DNA of 63,325 nucleotides, filler included, from Octopus bimaculoides (GCF_001194135.2; 6 parts of 5 records of this genome joined end to end with filler, not necessarily neighbours in it), one strand, 5' to 3'; shown: positions 1 to 14,134, numbered from the whole stretch's first letter. Translations and numbers: made by a program. Notes: generated from the sequence alone by a model not told the origin.

Positions 1-96
1 ATTGAAATATAAAGATAATACACTATGAATTCAAACGTGCGTTGATCATATATTTTGATCTGCAAACACATTTACTCTTTAGTAAAAGTTCCTTGT

Positions 97-136
<40 letters not shown>

Positions 137-347
137 AAGTATGGGGGTTTAGTTCACAGGTGATCTAAACAATTAGGTCCGCTAAGTGTTGTAACGGATT
201 ACTAGGGCTCCAAGGTTATAAACGAGACAGTAGTTATGGAGTCATTGCAGATTTCCGATATAGCGGATATATAATTGTTAAAGAGGACAACAAATGTTAA
301 GGCAAAGCAAACATCTCAAGTCATATACATTACTATTATTGGAAAAC

Positions 348-414
348 AAATTCAGTCTTACAGCTGTTTCTGGGATATCCCATAGTATGGGATATTCCGT
401 CATCAGAGGAATTT
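348..414 (-). ncRNA. Candidate type-I hammerhead ribozyme (Penelope-type)
   Basis: Minus strand reads AAATTC-CT CTGATGA C GGAATATCCCA-TACTA-TGGGATATCCC A GAA ACAGCTGT A AG-ACT-GAATTT. It has both core motifs, a 10/11-bp helix II, a palindromic helix III, a GUA triplet and a bulged helix I. A C.A mismatch sits at the base of helix II. Confidence 0.55.
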
Positions 415-1272
415 TTATTAAACATACGAAAGCAAAGCATTAAGGCGACACTGAAAATAATGGCTGGATGAATACATTTACAGTAAAATAAATCTGAATT
501 TTTTATCTATTCAGACTTATATATCCAACTTTTTGATCAATCAAATATCAATTAGTGCTATGAGTAAAATACGATTAATCCGCATCGTTACCAGTGTTTT
601 TTGTAAGCCAAATAGAAATTGGAACGCGGCGATAGACAAACGTTTTATTTCCTCCCGATAATGTGTTCCCGAACTATTCATTCTGTACAAGCCTTTGAAA
701 TGATTGGTTTTAATATTTGTATTGCACGTATAAATCTATCCGTATACCGAATGAAATTGATACAATGCGTAATACGATCTCTAAAATCGATGGTAGAATC
801 TCGTACATTTTTAAGCATTACAAACTCTATTGTTCCGATAGAACATTATGCTTAGTTATTGAAAGGATTGTTCGATGATGATTTCTTAATAAGCATTAAA
901 AAAAATTCTGATCTGTTTAAAGATTGTAAATACAGAATGTAAAATATAGAAAATGTCTGTTTTTTTACCTGGTTATCACTGGAGTCCATCATCTTGCTAA
1001 TCTCTAAATTGGCAGTTCTCATTCCTTCTTCACTTCAGTATCATTTATCTCCTTGTTCGCCTCTCTGTAAAGAATTAACACAGTTAAGTAGGTACTGTAA
1101 CTGACAAAATATATTTATTATTTATTAAATTAACGATTCAAAACCTGTCGTGGTTATTAAAATTTTGGAGTGTTCATTCTCCTAATAGCGTCCTTGAAAT
1201 TCATAAAGACAAAATTTATCATAGATTTCTTCCATGTACAATGCATTCGAGAACATTTTCCAGCCTTCGTAC

Positions 1273-1317
1273 GGAATAAGGATTAAAGGAATAAGGATTA
1301 AAGGAATAAGGATTAAA
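1273..1317. repeat. 15-bp tandem repeat (GGAATAAGGATTAAA x3)
   Basis: Three exact adjacent copies. Confidence 0.9.
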
Positions 1318-1548
1318 GAAAATAAATAACGAAGAAAGGATTTGCTGTAGGGAAAGTGTTATGACGTGGGTTATGCACAAAGAGAGTAAGAATCGTATTA
1401 TCTAAATAAATATTTGGATATGGTTATCTAGAATAAACTTTTGCAGGATTAATACGTTCACACAGAACGCACTCCATACTACTCGAAACGTAGTTACGAT
1501 ATTAAACAAACACAGTAACCAATATGGATGATCAACGCTGTCAACTGC

Positions 1549-3270
1549 TTTCTTTATTTGAGCACTCAGGGTCATACATAGAGGGGGACGGCACAAGGAC
1601 AGACAGAACACCACAGTGGAGGCAAAAACATAAAGCGGAGGAAAATGGAAAAATGTACAATGAAATTGATGGTGATGAATGCATGCGCCTCACTCACATG
1701 CAGTACTATTTGAAGGTTCTTGCTTTCAATTTATAATCTTTTTCTTTTCGGTATTTTTTTTTTTACTATTAGCATCATTTTCTTTACTCTTTTTTTCTTC
1801 CTTTTTCCCCTTTTTAAAAAACAAAAACAAAACAATTTACTCTCTTTTTTTAAATACCTTATGTATGGCTCTATTTTACTTAATTTTACTACTGGCGGTA
1901 GTTCATCGAACTCCACCACGAATCCTGGTGGTTCCGCTTTACATTTTTACTTCAGCTTGGTATATTTTCTCTTGTCGATTAAAATTGCTTTCACATTTTC
2001 ACCATACATCTCCTTGGGTAACTTAAACCTTATAACTGATTTCAGTTTGGTTATCAATTTTTCTATATTTACATGTTTGTCATGTCACGAAATTCCAGCT
2101 GTTTTCCCTGCCTTACTGCTTGCTTACCATGTTCCACCCCTGGTGGCACTTCTTCCAATAGGGTTAGTGTCGCTGTTTCTTCTCGTTGCTGTTCTACTTC
2201 TTTGGTTTAAAAATCTTCTAGTATGCTTGCTTCTCTCTCTTCCTCCTCCATAACCTCCTTCTCAATCTTCTTTTTTACCTGTTACTCGATCTTTTCTTCA
2301 ACCTCTTTTGCGACTTCTTCCTCAGTCTCTTTATCTACTATTTTCTTTTTCTGTCTCTCCGGAGGAGAGCCCACTCTTTCTTTCCTCTTTCTTTTTTTAA
2401 CCACTTCAAATTCCTCCTCTATTCCTGTTGTCTCTTTTTCATCCTCTTTCACCACGTCGTTCACTATCTCTTGCTCCTCAGATTGTTCTATTTGCTGCAC
2501 TTTCTCCTCTCTCTGCGGGCACCACACCTTTATGTGGTCTTTCTTGCCACATATGGGAGGCTTTCCCTCCACCACCACTCTCAATCTTACATCTTCGGGT
2601 AATATTTCTTCTGGAATCTTATTCATATCACTCACAGTTGTCTGAACTACCATCTTGATTCCGTAACCCCAGCAGTTGACTCTTTTCGTTCTTGTTATTC
2701 TCAGGATATTTGCATCCTCCTCCATATTATCCATGTCTGCAGCGACCAGCGATGTTTCATTCAATTCTGGAGGAACCCTTCCCACTCTTACTCTGACAAC
2801 TCACTTGCCATAGTATGTCGGTAGGAGCGACCACTCTTCTATCTTTATGGCGTCAGTGGAGTGCTTTATTGCTTCGTCTTCGCCTGCGAATGGCACCTCC
2901 AGTCTGCCATATATTCTTCCCCTTCTTATAAACGTCGTAACCTTTTTGACCTCTTTCAAACACTTATCGATATCCTCTATGGTTGCCACTTCAATTTTCC
3001 TTGTTCATACTTTCAGTGTTTTGTATATCACTGTTCGTTTCTTTACTCCATTTGTTAACTCGAACGGGGGCGTCAATTTAAGGTTGTGGCATTCTTTCAG
3101 CTTTTTTGGCCCAATTTTAACTTCTCGAACCTCCAAAGCTTCTACTTCAATTCCTCTACCAGTTGCAACCGCATAACTGTGGCTCTTCGCTGGTTCATTC
3201 TCTATTACACTTCTTTTAGCTGGTTCTGCCATAAGTGGGAAGAACGCAAAAGGAAAAAACGAAGTGTGAA
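1549..3270 (-). mobile_element. Decayed ORF1-only non-LTR retroelement (gag-like ORF1 pseudogene plus SINE-like 3' tail)
   Basis: ORFs 3232-3005, 2989-2801 and 2785-2282 are one frame broken by single stops. It contains a degenerate zinc knuckle (GKPPICGKKDHIKVWCP) and a K/E-rich tail with KKRKRK, and continues frameshifted to about 1731. No endonuclease or RT follows. The 3' end GTCCCCCTCTATGT..CCC..AATAAAGAAA resembles the tail of SINE family B. Confidence 0.6.
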
Positions 3271-4665
3271 ATGAATTTACTCTAAGTTATTATATCATTA
3301 TTGTTTTCAAATTTATGTGAGATGATATAGATCAAGTATTTTGTATTTGAATTGTTTCAGATATTCAGAGATCTATCTGTAGGGCAAGGCGATCAGTTGA
3401 ACGATTTAGGCTTGCATATTATAGCCGATTAATAGCAGACGTGATTGAGGACATTCTCAGAGATTAGTTGCATGTTTCGGACGATTTGAGACACAGGGAT
3501 TAAGGACTATTTCCAAAAATCCCTAAACTCGCATTGATCATACAACGCATTTAACTGGAATTGAACAGAAGGTACGTCGATACGTATTTTATTCTATGCA
3601 TATTCAAGCAAAAATCTATATTGATTTGTTTATCTATGGTGTAAAATGGCGACCTCAGTACAGTTTGGAGCAGCTATTTTCAAAGGCTTCCCCTTCTGTA
3701 ATTTTTTATGAGTTCTTATTTTCAATTATTCATAGCTTATTAGAAAGTTGATGAAAGTGTAAGAAATACTTTTCTCTAATATATTGATGGTTCGTTTCCA
3801 ACTTTTTTCAGCTACTAACCAAAATTTGTTATTCCTTACAGGTAGATGATTTCCTTACATTAATAATAACCACCTGGAGAATTTTTCCAATTTTTTTCTC
3901 TTTGTAATTCGATGATTATTTATCCATGGGGGATATTACCTCGCGATTCTATGTACGAAGCTTCTATGGTATGCCATTGGGACAATTCAATTAAATTTAG
4001 TTTCTCCAGAAACATTATAGCATTTCAACATTTAGGTCTTAAAATATTTTCTGAGGTATTTTCAAAACTATGTTGTAAACGTTGGGTGTTTGGCAGAAAC
4101 GGTGAAACGGTGGAACGCCGTAGAAGATAACCTGTTGATTTCGGATACCTCCCTTTAATTTTTGAGTTCAAATTCAACTTAGCTTTACTGTATTTCGCCC
4201 TTTCAAGGTCGTTAAAATTAAAACTGATATCGATTGTGGAAAAGTATCTCCTGGAATACGTTTTAACAGTAGTGCTACAGTTCAATGACCAAAACTAGAT
4301 AATATAGAAGGATTCAATACATCTTGCGAGTATGTGTGTGTGTGTGTGTTTGTGTGTGTGCGTGTGCGTGTGTGTGTGTGTGGGTGTATGTGTGTGTGTG
4401 TCTTGTGTACTATTCCGCTTTTGGTGGGACTAACACAAATATACTCCATCCAGCGCGTAATAAATATTTGCTAAACAGATTTAAACATTTTTTAAATTGT
4501 ACATACATAAACATATGCACACATACATACATGAATGCAGACATACATAAATACATACACACACACATATATACATAAACATGCATACATGCATACATAC
4601 ACACATAAATACATTTATATATATACACACATGCATACAGACATATATCCATATACACACGCGTG

Positions 4666-4696
<31 letters not shown>

Positions 4697-5249
4697 GTAT
4701 GTTTGTATGTATGTATGCTTGAATATAAATATATATATATATATATNNNNNNNNNNNNNNNNNNNNNNNNNNNNNNNNNNNNNNNNNNNNNNNNNNNNNN
4801 NNNNNNNNNNNNNNNNNNNNNNNNNNNNNNNNNNNNNNNNNNNNNNNNNNNNNNNNNNNNNNNNNNNNNNNNNNNNNNNNNNNNNNNNNNNNNNNNNNNN
4901 NNNNNNNNNNNNNNNNNNNNNNNNNNNNNNNNNNNNNNNNNNNNNNNNNNNNNNNNNNNNNNNNNNNNNNTATATATATTATATATGGTGGTGGTGGTCA
5001 TCAATCCCATCGATTTCAACGCATGACTATTTAAAGGAAAAGTTAAGATTAAAAGAGGCCACATCCTTTTGCAATTTATGCGTGAACGTAAGATGAGTCC
5101 AGATATGGATTTTCTATCAGGTCACAATGGGGACAACGATGATTTTGATTTTACCTGGGATTCGGCAAATGTGTCTGTTGACCTGAAGTGTATACAAATA
5201 TTTTGTTGTTCAGTCTCATCATCCCAAATTGTTTAGTTACATCATAACT

Positions 5250-5690
5250 TGTATTACACCGCTCAGATCGATATAGGCAAGAACTGTCCTAAGATGTTAG
5301 ATTAAGCGTGTAAGGATTTTAGGGATTATTCCAACTTATCCTTATGCCTCAGAACGGGTATTCTTGCACTGCGGAATCCCTCTACTTGCAGGCCATTTAA
5401 AAGAGGTTTCCGAATGTGATCATCTTGCCTTGAGATAACTTGCCCTGTCCCTATGCACTGAATTCTCAATAGTATGCTTTCGATCCTGGAGATACATATT
5501 TTTCTAATTTATTGACATTTGATATCTTATCTTGCCATTTTATGCTGCAGATGTTGCGCTGACAGCACACGCGGAAGGTTTCAAGTTTCTTTATATATCT
5601 GTAACAGAGAATCTATATCAGTACAACTACTGGTCAAAATTACGACAAGGCTTTGGAAGAGTATATCACTGGAACTTTCAGTGCGTTCTT
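5250..5690 (-). mobile_element. RTE-clade LINE, decayed C-terminal fragment
   Basis: Frameshifted translation KKLETFRVCCQRNICSIKWQDKISN / RIESILLRIQ..GQVISRQDDHIRKPLLNGLQVEGFRSARIPVLRHKDKL matches the RTE post-RT pattern (KWQD.ISN; RW.GHV.RM.D.R.PK.LLYG; G.R..GRP.LR.KD). Confidence 0.65.
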
Positions 5691-7984
5691 TAATTTCATT
5701 GAGTTTCTAATTCTTTCTACTTCTAATTAAAATCCTAACCTCCAACTCCTTCGTTCAAGATATAACCAGTTCTTATCACCTCTGCAATAATCACTCTTCA
5801 TTCTCAATATCAGCTTTGTATAAACTAAGTATCTTATGAATGCCTTTCACTTTAATACTTCTAAATAGTCTTCCTTATTATATGGTTCGGGACTTCCACT
5901 CGCTTTACTTACCATTCTTTCACCCTTCCCAATTTTAAATATCACTGCGGTCTTTATGCCACTCTTCATTTCTAGCTTTCTCCTTCCTCCTTTACCTGAC
6001 TAGTCTCTCACACCAACTTTGTGCCGGCCTTTCCACCTCTCTCATATAACCGCCTCACCATTCCATTCCCTCAACCTCTATCCATTTACCATTTGCTTGT
6101 TTGCATCCACAGCAGTAATATCACATTTTTTCAATCTTCCTTTCGTCCTTATTCTTTACCGAACGAAGTAGCCATCACAGTGATTGAACTTACCAAATTC
6201 TTTGAAAGACTTCCATGTAGACTAAAACTTGCCCGTTTGCCCTGATTTCTATTTTTCTAACGTCCGTCTACTTGCAGCTGCTCAAGCAGACTATTAGCTA
6301 CTTCAAATGTATCAATTTTATGGGCCTGCTAACGATAAGGCTACAGTCCCTTACTCCCGGCAAAACACTATTTTAAGAATCAGTCTAATTAACCGTTTAT
6401 ACTCATGTCTTTGTATTACAATGCTGGAGTATATTTGCTGGAAACAGCTGCTTGGTTCCGATAATTTTCGAAGTTAAATTATTTTGAAGAAACGAGACAC
6501 AAATGCATAAATGTACATCATGAAGTAGACACACACCTACACACACCTATACATGCACACATACGTACGCTCACACACATGCATCTGAATATACAAGCAT
6601 ATATGTATACGTTTGTGTATATTTGTATGTATATACATACATGCATACTTATACGCACTTGTAAATATATACGCATATACATATATTATATACATTTATG
6701 TGCATATATCTGCTCATACATATAAGTATATATATTTGTGCGTGTGAGTGTGTGCGCGCGCGCGCTCATGCGTATTATGTGTGTGTCTGTATACGAATGT
6801 ATATATCTTGAACCCACCAGTAGAAGATTACCGGCTCATTTAACTAATGTTATTCAGTTTATCAATCGATACCAATGGTAAATATATTTAGTCACGTTAT
6901 TCGTCCCTTCACCTCCTTCTTTGGCTATTTCCATGATTTATTATGGAAAATAACAATCACATTGCAACATTATACAAATGACTAAATACATGTGAATTCG
7001 TATATTCTACGTTTGTGTTGGTAGATGTTCTAATGTGGTGTGGCATTGAACATAGGTATGCCAATGCATAAATATGTATATGTATATGAGATATTAAAGT
7101 TTATAATATCAAGTGGCTTAGCATGCGTAAAGAAATGCCATACGATGAAAAAATTATTAAATAATAATTAACGTTGCTACAAATAGCACCAGCATGCTAA
7201 AAGTAGCAGTCAGAAGGCAACTACAGCCACAAATTTCACTCAAATCGGGGGAATAAACAGAAATGTTAAGCCCCCCCCCCGTATCAATATCGTTATTAGT
7301 ACGGGGACTAAGAATTTCTGCTCATTCCCCCGATTTAACACGTGCTGGGAGATGAGGCTATTATGCCTGTCCAGAAACCGGCCCACGTTAGTCCAAATAC
7401 TTGAATGTATGTTGAGAGATTTTCGTAGTCTGTTTGCCTTCGGACGGTTGATTTCTGTAGTTATTAACAGTGTATTTTGGCGATTAAAAAAAAAGAGTTT
7501 TTCACTGTTATTTCTACCAGGTAGACATACTTAGTATGTTATTTGATTAATATATATATATATATATATATANNNNNNNNNNNNNNNNNNNNNNNNNNNN
7601 NNNNNNNNNNNNNNNNNNNNNNNNNNNNNNNNNNNNNNNNNNNNNNNNNNNNNNNNNNNNNNNNNNNNNNNNNNNNNNNNNNNNNNNNNNNNNNNNNNNN
7701 NNNNNNNNNNNNNNNNNNNNNNNNNNNNNNNNNNNNNNNNNNNNNNNNNNNNNNNNNNNNNNNNNNNNNNNNNNNNNNNNNNNNNNNNNNNNNNNNNNNN
7801 NNNNNNNNNNNNNNNNNNNNNNNNNNNNNNNNNNNNNNNNNNNNNNNNNNNNNNNNNNNNNNNAAAAACATATAAGGACAAAGACAGGACGAAGGTTACA
7901 AAAGGTCTTGTCCGAAAAGGTAGGAAAGTTCGTCTAAACAGAGGAAGAAAACGGAGAAAGATATAATAAATAAATAGATAAATA

Positions 7985-8090
7985 AATAGATAAATAAATA
8001 AGTAGAACTCCCAAAGGGGGAGGCGCTTCGAAAAAGGAAAGGTTACACGTGGAAAAACCCATAAAACCACGGGAGCCTGGTCAGAAAAAA
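7985..8090 (-). repeat. Dispersed repeat, homologous to 14135-14215
   Basis: GGTTA..CGTGGAAA...ACCACGG.A.CCT.GGTC here is the reverse complement of the motif at 14135-14215. Confidence 0.4.
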
Positions 8091-11041
8091 TAAGAAAGGG
8101 GTATAGAGCCCTTTCTCCTTTTACATTACCTTTTTTCCTTTTTTTCTTTTCTTTTTAAGTTATAAATAAGTTTTTATATAAAATATTTGCTATATTTATT
8201 CGAAAATTTACTACGGATTATTTTTCTATACATTTTTTTAAAAAATCTCAAGCTGTATTAACCTTCAACATATTTCCAGCTGTACCATTTTAGTAAGATA
8301 ATGGAATCCTATGAAGCAAATTTACCAAATAAAGTAAAAAGACGAAATGAAGAACGATTTATAAGAAGAAAAAAAAAGAAAAACCGACAGAGAACAGTTT
8401 ATAAAGAAAATAAAACAGAGAAATGGAAATATATATCTTCACATGATGATGTCTGCAAGATATCTTGAAATATTGGATATGACATGCCATGTATTATTAT
8501 CACCAATATCTTGGTAAATGTTCCTTTTGTAAGAAACGAATGTGACATATAATATCACTTACACAAGCTTCGCTTGTCATCCTGTCTATGTCAGAGCTAT
8601 TTTCATTGCTTTCAAAATATGTGTTCGCAAACTGAGAATTGAAATTGGATATAAATAGCAGGGATAAAATGATATAAGTAATGTATATAAGAACTATATA
8701 AGAGTTTATCAATGAAATACATAAAAAGAGAAATAAGTATATCGCTTCTGGTGCTGATGCGTGAAATATATATACATTGATATAAAGCAGACGAATTACT
8801 GTGAATTATTAACACCTTCATTTTGGTAAATCTTTTGTACGGAACTAACGTAATATATAACATCATTAACTACACGTGGCGATGTTGTGTATGCAAGCCA
8901 CAAGAACAGCAGAGTGCACACTTTGGAGTCACTCAAAGCAAGTCGAAAAAGCTGCTGTGTTTTGTTGTTATATATTGTTAGTTTCCTTAGACTATAGAGA
9001 TTAAGTTGTTTCAGTTTTAGTNNNNNNNNNNNNNNNNNNNNNNNNNNNNNNNNNNNNNNNNNNNNNNNNNNNNNNNNNNNNNNNNNNNNNNNNNNNNNNN
9101 NNNNNNNNNNNNNNNNNNNNNNNNNNNNNNNNNNNNNNNNNNNNNNNNNNNNNNNNNNNNNNNNNNNNNNNNNNNNNNNNNNNNNNNNNNNNNNNNNNNN
9201 NNNNNNNNNNNNNNNNNNNNNNNATGTCTTTCAATCCTGTCTTTCAATCAGATATATAGGATAGCTTGAACAACATTATCCAATATCTTCTTCGCTCATT
9301 AAGATGGTTGAATATGACTTGAACGGAGAAGAGATTAAGCTACTGTTTCTAGTAGTTTGGATTACCTCATAGTGTCTTTCGCAATGAGTCGGTTTATATT
9401 TGTGTTGTTCATATTTAGTCCCAGGTTACCTTTCATCAAGCAAATTTATATAATGTTCAAAGGCAACCAGATTGTCCTTTAAAGAGATTATCCCGTGTAA
9501 CAGATAGCTGAATCTGTCTTACACGCAATCGGCAGTGCTCTTCGGTGCATTACCAGGTCCGGGATTTCTGGAAATTATTTATCGGTCTAGAGTCGATAAA
9601 AATAATAATTTCGTAAGAAAAATATTTCTAGCTAATCCCTCTCGGTGTCAGAGTCTCCTCCAGGACGTTGTCACTCCATAGAACATCATGATAGTGGAGT
9701 GTGAACACCTGACGACACTTTAGGTGCTAGACGCCCAACTTCTTTCTACGCTTCATAGAGGACTACATCTCCGCCAAACAGACGATCTGTAGATATGGAC
9801 GTTTTACTAATGGTGACCATATCTGATCACGGTGAAGAAAATGCCATCGTAGCCTCAACGTATGTCGGCGTATTATTAGACAGAACATGCCCGGTCCTCC
9901 ACGCAGCCATGTGGTATGTCTCCTAACGGAGGAGATAACAGCAAGAACGCTAGGACAATGCTTCTCGGAAAATAATCCCCTGATAGAATTACACCCAAGG
10001 TAGTTTAACAAACTTACTATGATAAATCATGAAATGAAAGCTGTGTACATATCAGTAATAAGTTCTGCATGGTTATATTACAGAAAAACTTCAACTTGGC
10101 ATCAACATTTTTGCCAGGTCATTTTTCTCTCCAATGAACAACCGAGATTCTGTCTCTCTGAAGGATATGCTTCAACAATACAATAACAGGGAGTCACAGA
10201 AATAGGTATGCAGAGTCACAACCTAAATGCACTAAGCGATATCGAGTTAAAGCTAAAAAATGTTCGTACATTATAAGAAATTGCCCTAAAATGATACTTC
10301 GTTATTGCATTGTTTATCTATGAAGTATGATGTTCGTGGCTAAGATATACATGCAAATCTGAAGAAATGATAAGCTAGTGACGAGAAATGTATAAAACTA
10401 AAGCGTATGGAGGGCATAATGACTCATGGTATGAAAGAAAACATGTGAAATGTTTCTGTGAAAGCTTCAATAAAGTACGAACGAAAGGGATCAAATATAA
10501 CGACCTGCTCAGAGAAAAGAAATTATGCACAGTAATCGAAATCGGTTGACCAGCAGATGTTAATATGATATTAAAGATTAGTGAAAAAGAAACCTTCTAT
10601 TCTGAACAGATAAGAAATCTGCTGTTGCTCCGGCCAAACTAAAGCTTTAGATTTGTAACTATAATTATTGGTTTTGCCTCAGTACGTATGTTGAGAAAAT
10701 GAGTTTCATAAAACCAGCAAGAACACGACCAATTAGGAGATTACAGTTATAAACCACGAAAGATATTGTCAATATATATATGTATGTATATGTGTGTGTG
10801 TGTCGATGTAATATTCAGGTGGTTTAGAATGTAATAGAATATAGACATGCATACACATGTAAACTTATGTTTGTGTACGCTCACATAAGTTGAAATTTAC
10901 AGCTCTGCAAATGTAATGACATTTATGCCAGTATGCCTGTGGAATATAAATGGATATATAAATGCAAATATACATTTATGTCAGAATACATATATAGACC
11001 CATACATCATTGCGCACATATACAAAAAGATGCAAATATAC

Positions 11042-11072
<31 letters not shown>

Positions 11073-11251
11073 ATATATANNNNNNNNNNNNNNNNNNNNN
11101 NNNNNNNNNNNNNNNNNNNNNNNNNNNNNNNNNNNNNNNNNNNNNNNNNNNNNNNNNNNNNNNNNNNNNNNNNNNNNNNNNNNNNNNNNNNNNNNNNNNN
11201 NNNNNNNNNNNNNNNNNNNNNNNNNNNNNNNNNNNNNNNNNNNTATATATA

Positions 11252-11287
<36 letters not shown>

Positions 11288-12107
11288 TCGTTGTTTTCAC
11301 CGTGCCACAATACACACGTTCTTATCTGGACTATCTGCTCCTTCCACCTTTATCTACTCTCTCCACATTTTTTTTTCTTTCCAACGAAGAGTCATGCTCG
11401 AAACGTCATTTTTTATGCAGATTCTTTCCTGCTTTTATACATTTAGAATTGAAACCGCGACCAGGTATTATTTATTCAACAAATTTCATGACCACACAAT
11501 TACATTACATTTGCACAGCTATGTAATATAACGATTCACTGTGAGGAGTCATTTTATGCTGTTGCTATTTATGTCAATATTATTGTTACATCTTTGAATG
11601 TTAGAAGTGTTTATTTTAGTTGTCGTCAATGATACTGCTTTATAATATAGATATTTGTGTTAATATTTTTTTCATACTTGCTACTACTTTTTATTTCAGC
11701 TTTGCTGTTAATTTAAGATTAGTGTCTATCACAGTTTTGTGTTGTGCTTATTCTTAACATATATTTATCGCTTTTTATCTTTTACACCATCAGAGATTTT
11801 TTTAGTGCTGTGTGTATGTGTGCTTGGTTGTATATAGGTGACTGCCAGTGCATGTATCTGTGTGCGTGCGTTCGGGTGTGTGTGTGCGTGTGTGTGCACG
11901 TACTATGAAATTATGTGTCAATGGCGGTTAAGCACGGTTATTAATAACAGTGCTGCATTTTTTTCGTTATTTATAATCAGGATTTTGCTATTATTATTAT
12001 TGCCTTCCTCGTTACTCTTACATCTGATATCATTCCGGAAATACGTACATACATACATACATGCATGCATGCATGCATACATACATACATACATGCATGC
12101 ATGCATG

Positions 12108-12145
<38 letters not shown>

Positions 12146-14045
12146 GAGTGCGAGTGAGAGAGATAAAGAGAAATATATGTATATATATAAGTATGTATAG
12201 ATATATACAAACACACACACACACNNNNNNNNNNNNNNNNNNNNNNNNNNNNNNNNNNNNNNNNNNNNNNNNNNNNNNNNNNNNNNNNNNNNNNNNNNNN
12301 NNNNNNNNNNNNNNNNNNNNNNNNNNNNNNNNNNNNNNNNNNNNNNNNNNNNNNNNNNNNNNNNNNNNNNNNNNNNNNNNNNNNNNNNNNNNNNNNNNNN
12401 NNNNNNNNNNNNNNNNNNNNNNNNNNNNNNNNNNNNNNNNNNNNNNNNNNNNNNNNNNNNNNNNNNNNNNNNNNNNNNNNNNNNNNNNNNNNNNNNNNNN
12501 NNNNNNNNNNNNNNNNNNNNNNNNNNNNNNNNNNNNNNNNNNNNNNNNNNNNNNNNNNNNNNNNNNNNNNNNNNNNNNNNNNNNNNNNNNNNNNNNNNNN
12601 NNNNNNNNNNNNNNNNNNNNNNNNNNNNNNNNNNNNNNNNNNNNNNNNNNNNNNNNNNNNNNNNNNNNNNNNNNNNNNNNNNNNNNNNNNNNNNNNNNNN
12701 NNNNNNNNNNNNNNNNNNNNNNNNNNNNNNNNNNNNNNNNNNNNNNNNNNNNNNNNNNNNNNNNNNNNNNNNNNNNNNNNNNNNNNNNNNNNNNNNNNNN
12801 NNNNNNNNNNNNNNNNNNNNNNNNNNNNNNNNNNNNNNNNNNNNNNNNNNNNNNNNNNNNNNNNNNNNNNNNNNNNNNNNNNNNNNNNNNNNNNNNNNNN
12901 NNNNNNNNNNNNNNNNNNNNNNNNNNNNNNNNNNNNNNNNNNNNNNNNNNNNNNNNNNNNNNATATATATGTGTGTGTGTACATGGATGCATGTATATAT
13001 GTATGTATAAGGCGGTGCTCCAGCATGGCGGCAGTCAAATGACTGAACCTAGCAAGAGAATATGTATATAAATATATAAATATGAGTGTGTTTTGTATGG
13101 AAGAATGTTTGTGCATACGAAAAATGGAGCAGAGTGCAGGTGAACGCGTACAGGATCAGGAAACGGCATAAAGATAGTTTACAGTCACATATCGTCAGCT
13201 GTTGATGAAATTCTACGCAGTTGGCCATATCATATCAAATGAATCGCTCACTTCAAAATTCCTGTAGGTTTTATAAGACATATGATCAGAAAATAGTGAA
13301 AAGGACGACACATGTATAGAAAGATTTACGAAAGTGTAGGTACGAGACCTCGAAACCTTACAAAATAATTACTTCTTGCAGTTACGCTAAATTAAGGTGC
13401 AGCTTTTCGGCGACAGTGATAAGAGAGAACCAATGCGGGGACGATTGAGAAAATGCTTTGCTTTGTGGTGAGTCTTAGAAGAAAAGCAATAATGATGCAT
13501 GAGGAAACAGTAAAATAAGAATGAAATGCGAGGAGACTTAGGGAAGACAGAAAAGAAATAAGAGGGAACAATAAACTTCTGATAAAAGGAAAGGGGAAAG
13601 AATACACAATGACTAAAAGACAGCTAACTCGGTAGAGGAGAAAAAGAGAAACAGACACAGTCGGGTAGCCATTCCCTGAGAGATATCATATAAATATGTA
13701 TGTTAATATTTAAAACGCTAGTTCACGTGTCTATCTATTAGCTGGATCTTGTATTATGTCACACTGAAATAGAAAGCAATGGTTGTACTGAAATAAGAGG
13801 ATCAGAGAGAAATAGAAAGTGAATTGCATAAGATAGGTACATAGATGATGAGAAACTGACCAAGTAGCATAGAGAAGGAAAGAGAAAAGGAGTACTTTTC
13901 AGCCTTCAGCGAGCACACACACACACAAACATATACATATATACATACATACATACTTCTATATATACATATACATATACATACATATATATATATATAT
14001 ANNNNNNNNNNNNNNNNNNNNNNNNNNNNNNNNNNNNNNNNNNNN

Positions 14046-14057
14046 TTAATTAATTAA
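14046..14057. other. Synthetic scaffold spacer (44N-TTAATTAATTAA-44N)
   Basis: Six-frame stop linker centred in a gap of exactly 100 bp. Confidence 0.95.
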
Positions 14058-14134
14058 NNNNNNNNNNNNNNNNNNNNNNNNNNNNNNNNNNNNNNNNNNN
14101 NTAAAAGAAATTTTATTTAACAAACTGTAACACT

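Noticed and set aside
620-1310. Possible decayed Penelope GIY-YIG region upstream of the 348-414 hammerhead (minus strand)
   Set aside because: Only weak fragments (LQYLLNC..GE; FSIFYIL..LIKK..PFN) and no clean motif; needs a profile-HMM search.
3300-4300. Possible N-terminal or RT part of an old Penelope element
   Set aside because: No convincing motif in any frame by eye.
8500-8712. ORF resembling the FucT N-terminus (ITYI..L; SSDIDRMT vs QSDNDRMT)
   Set aside because: The similarity is short and low-complexity, and no GT10 motifs follow.
9480-10010. GC-richer island with CTGACGA-CAC/GTG stem and an FLRFIEDY RT-like peptide
   Set aside because: No GAAA after the stem, so not a hammerhead; all frames have stops and one motif is not enough to assign a family.
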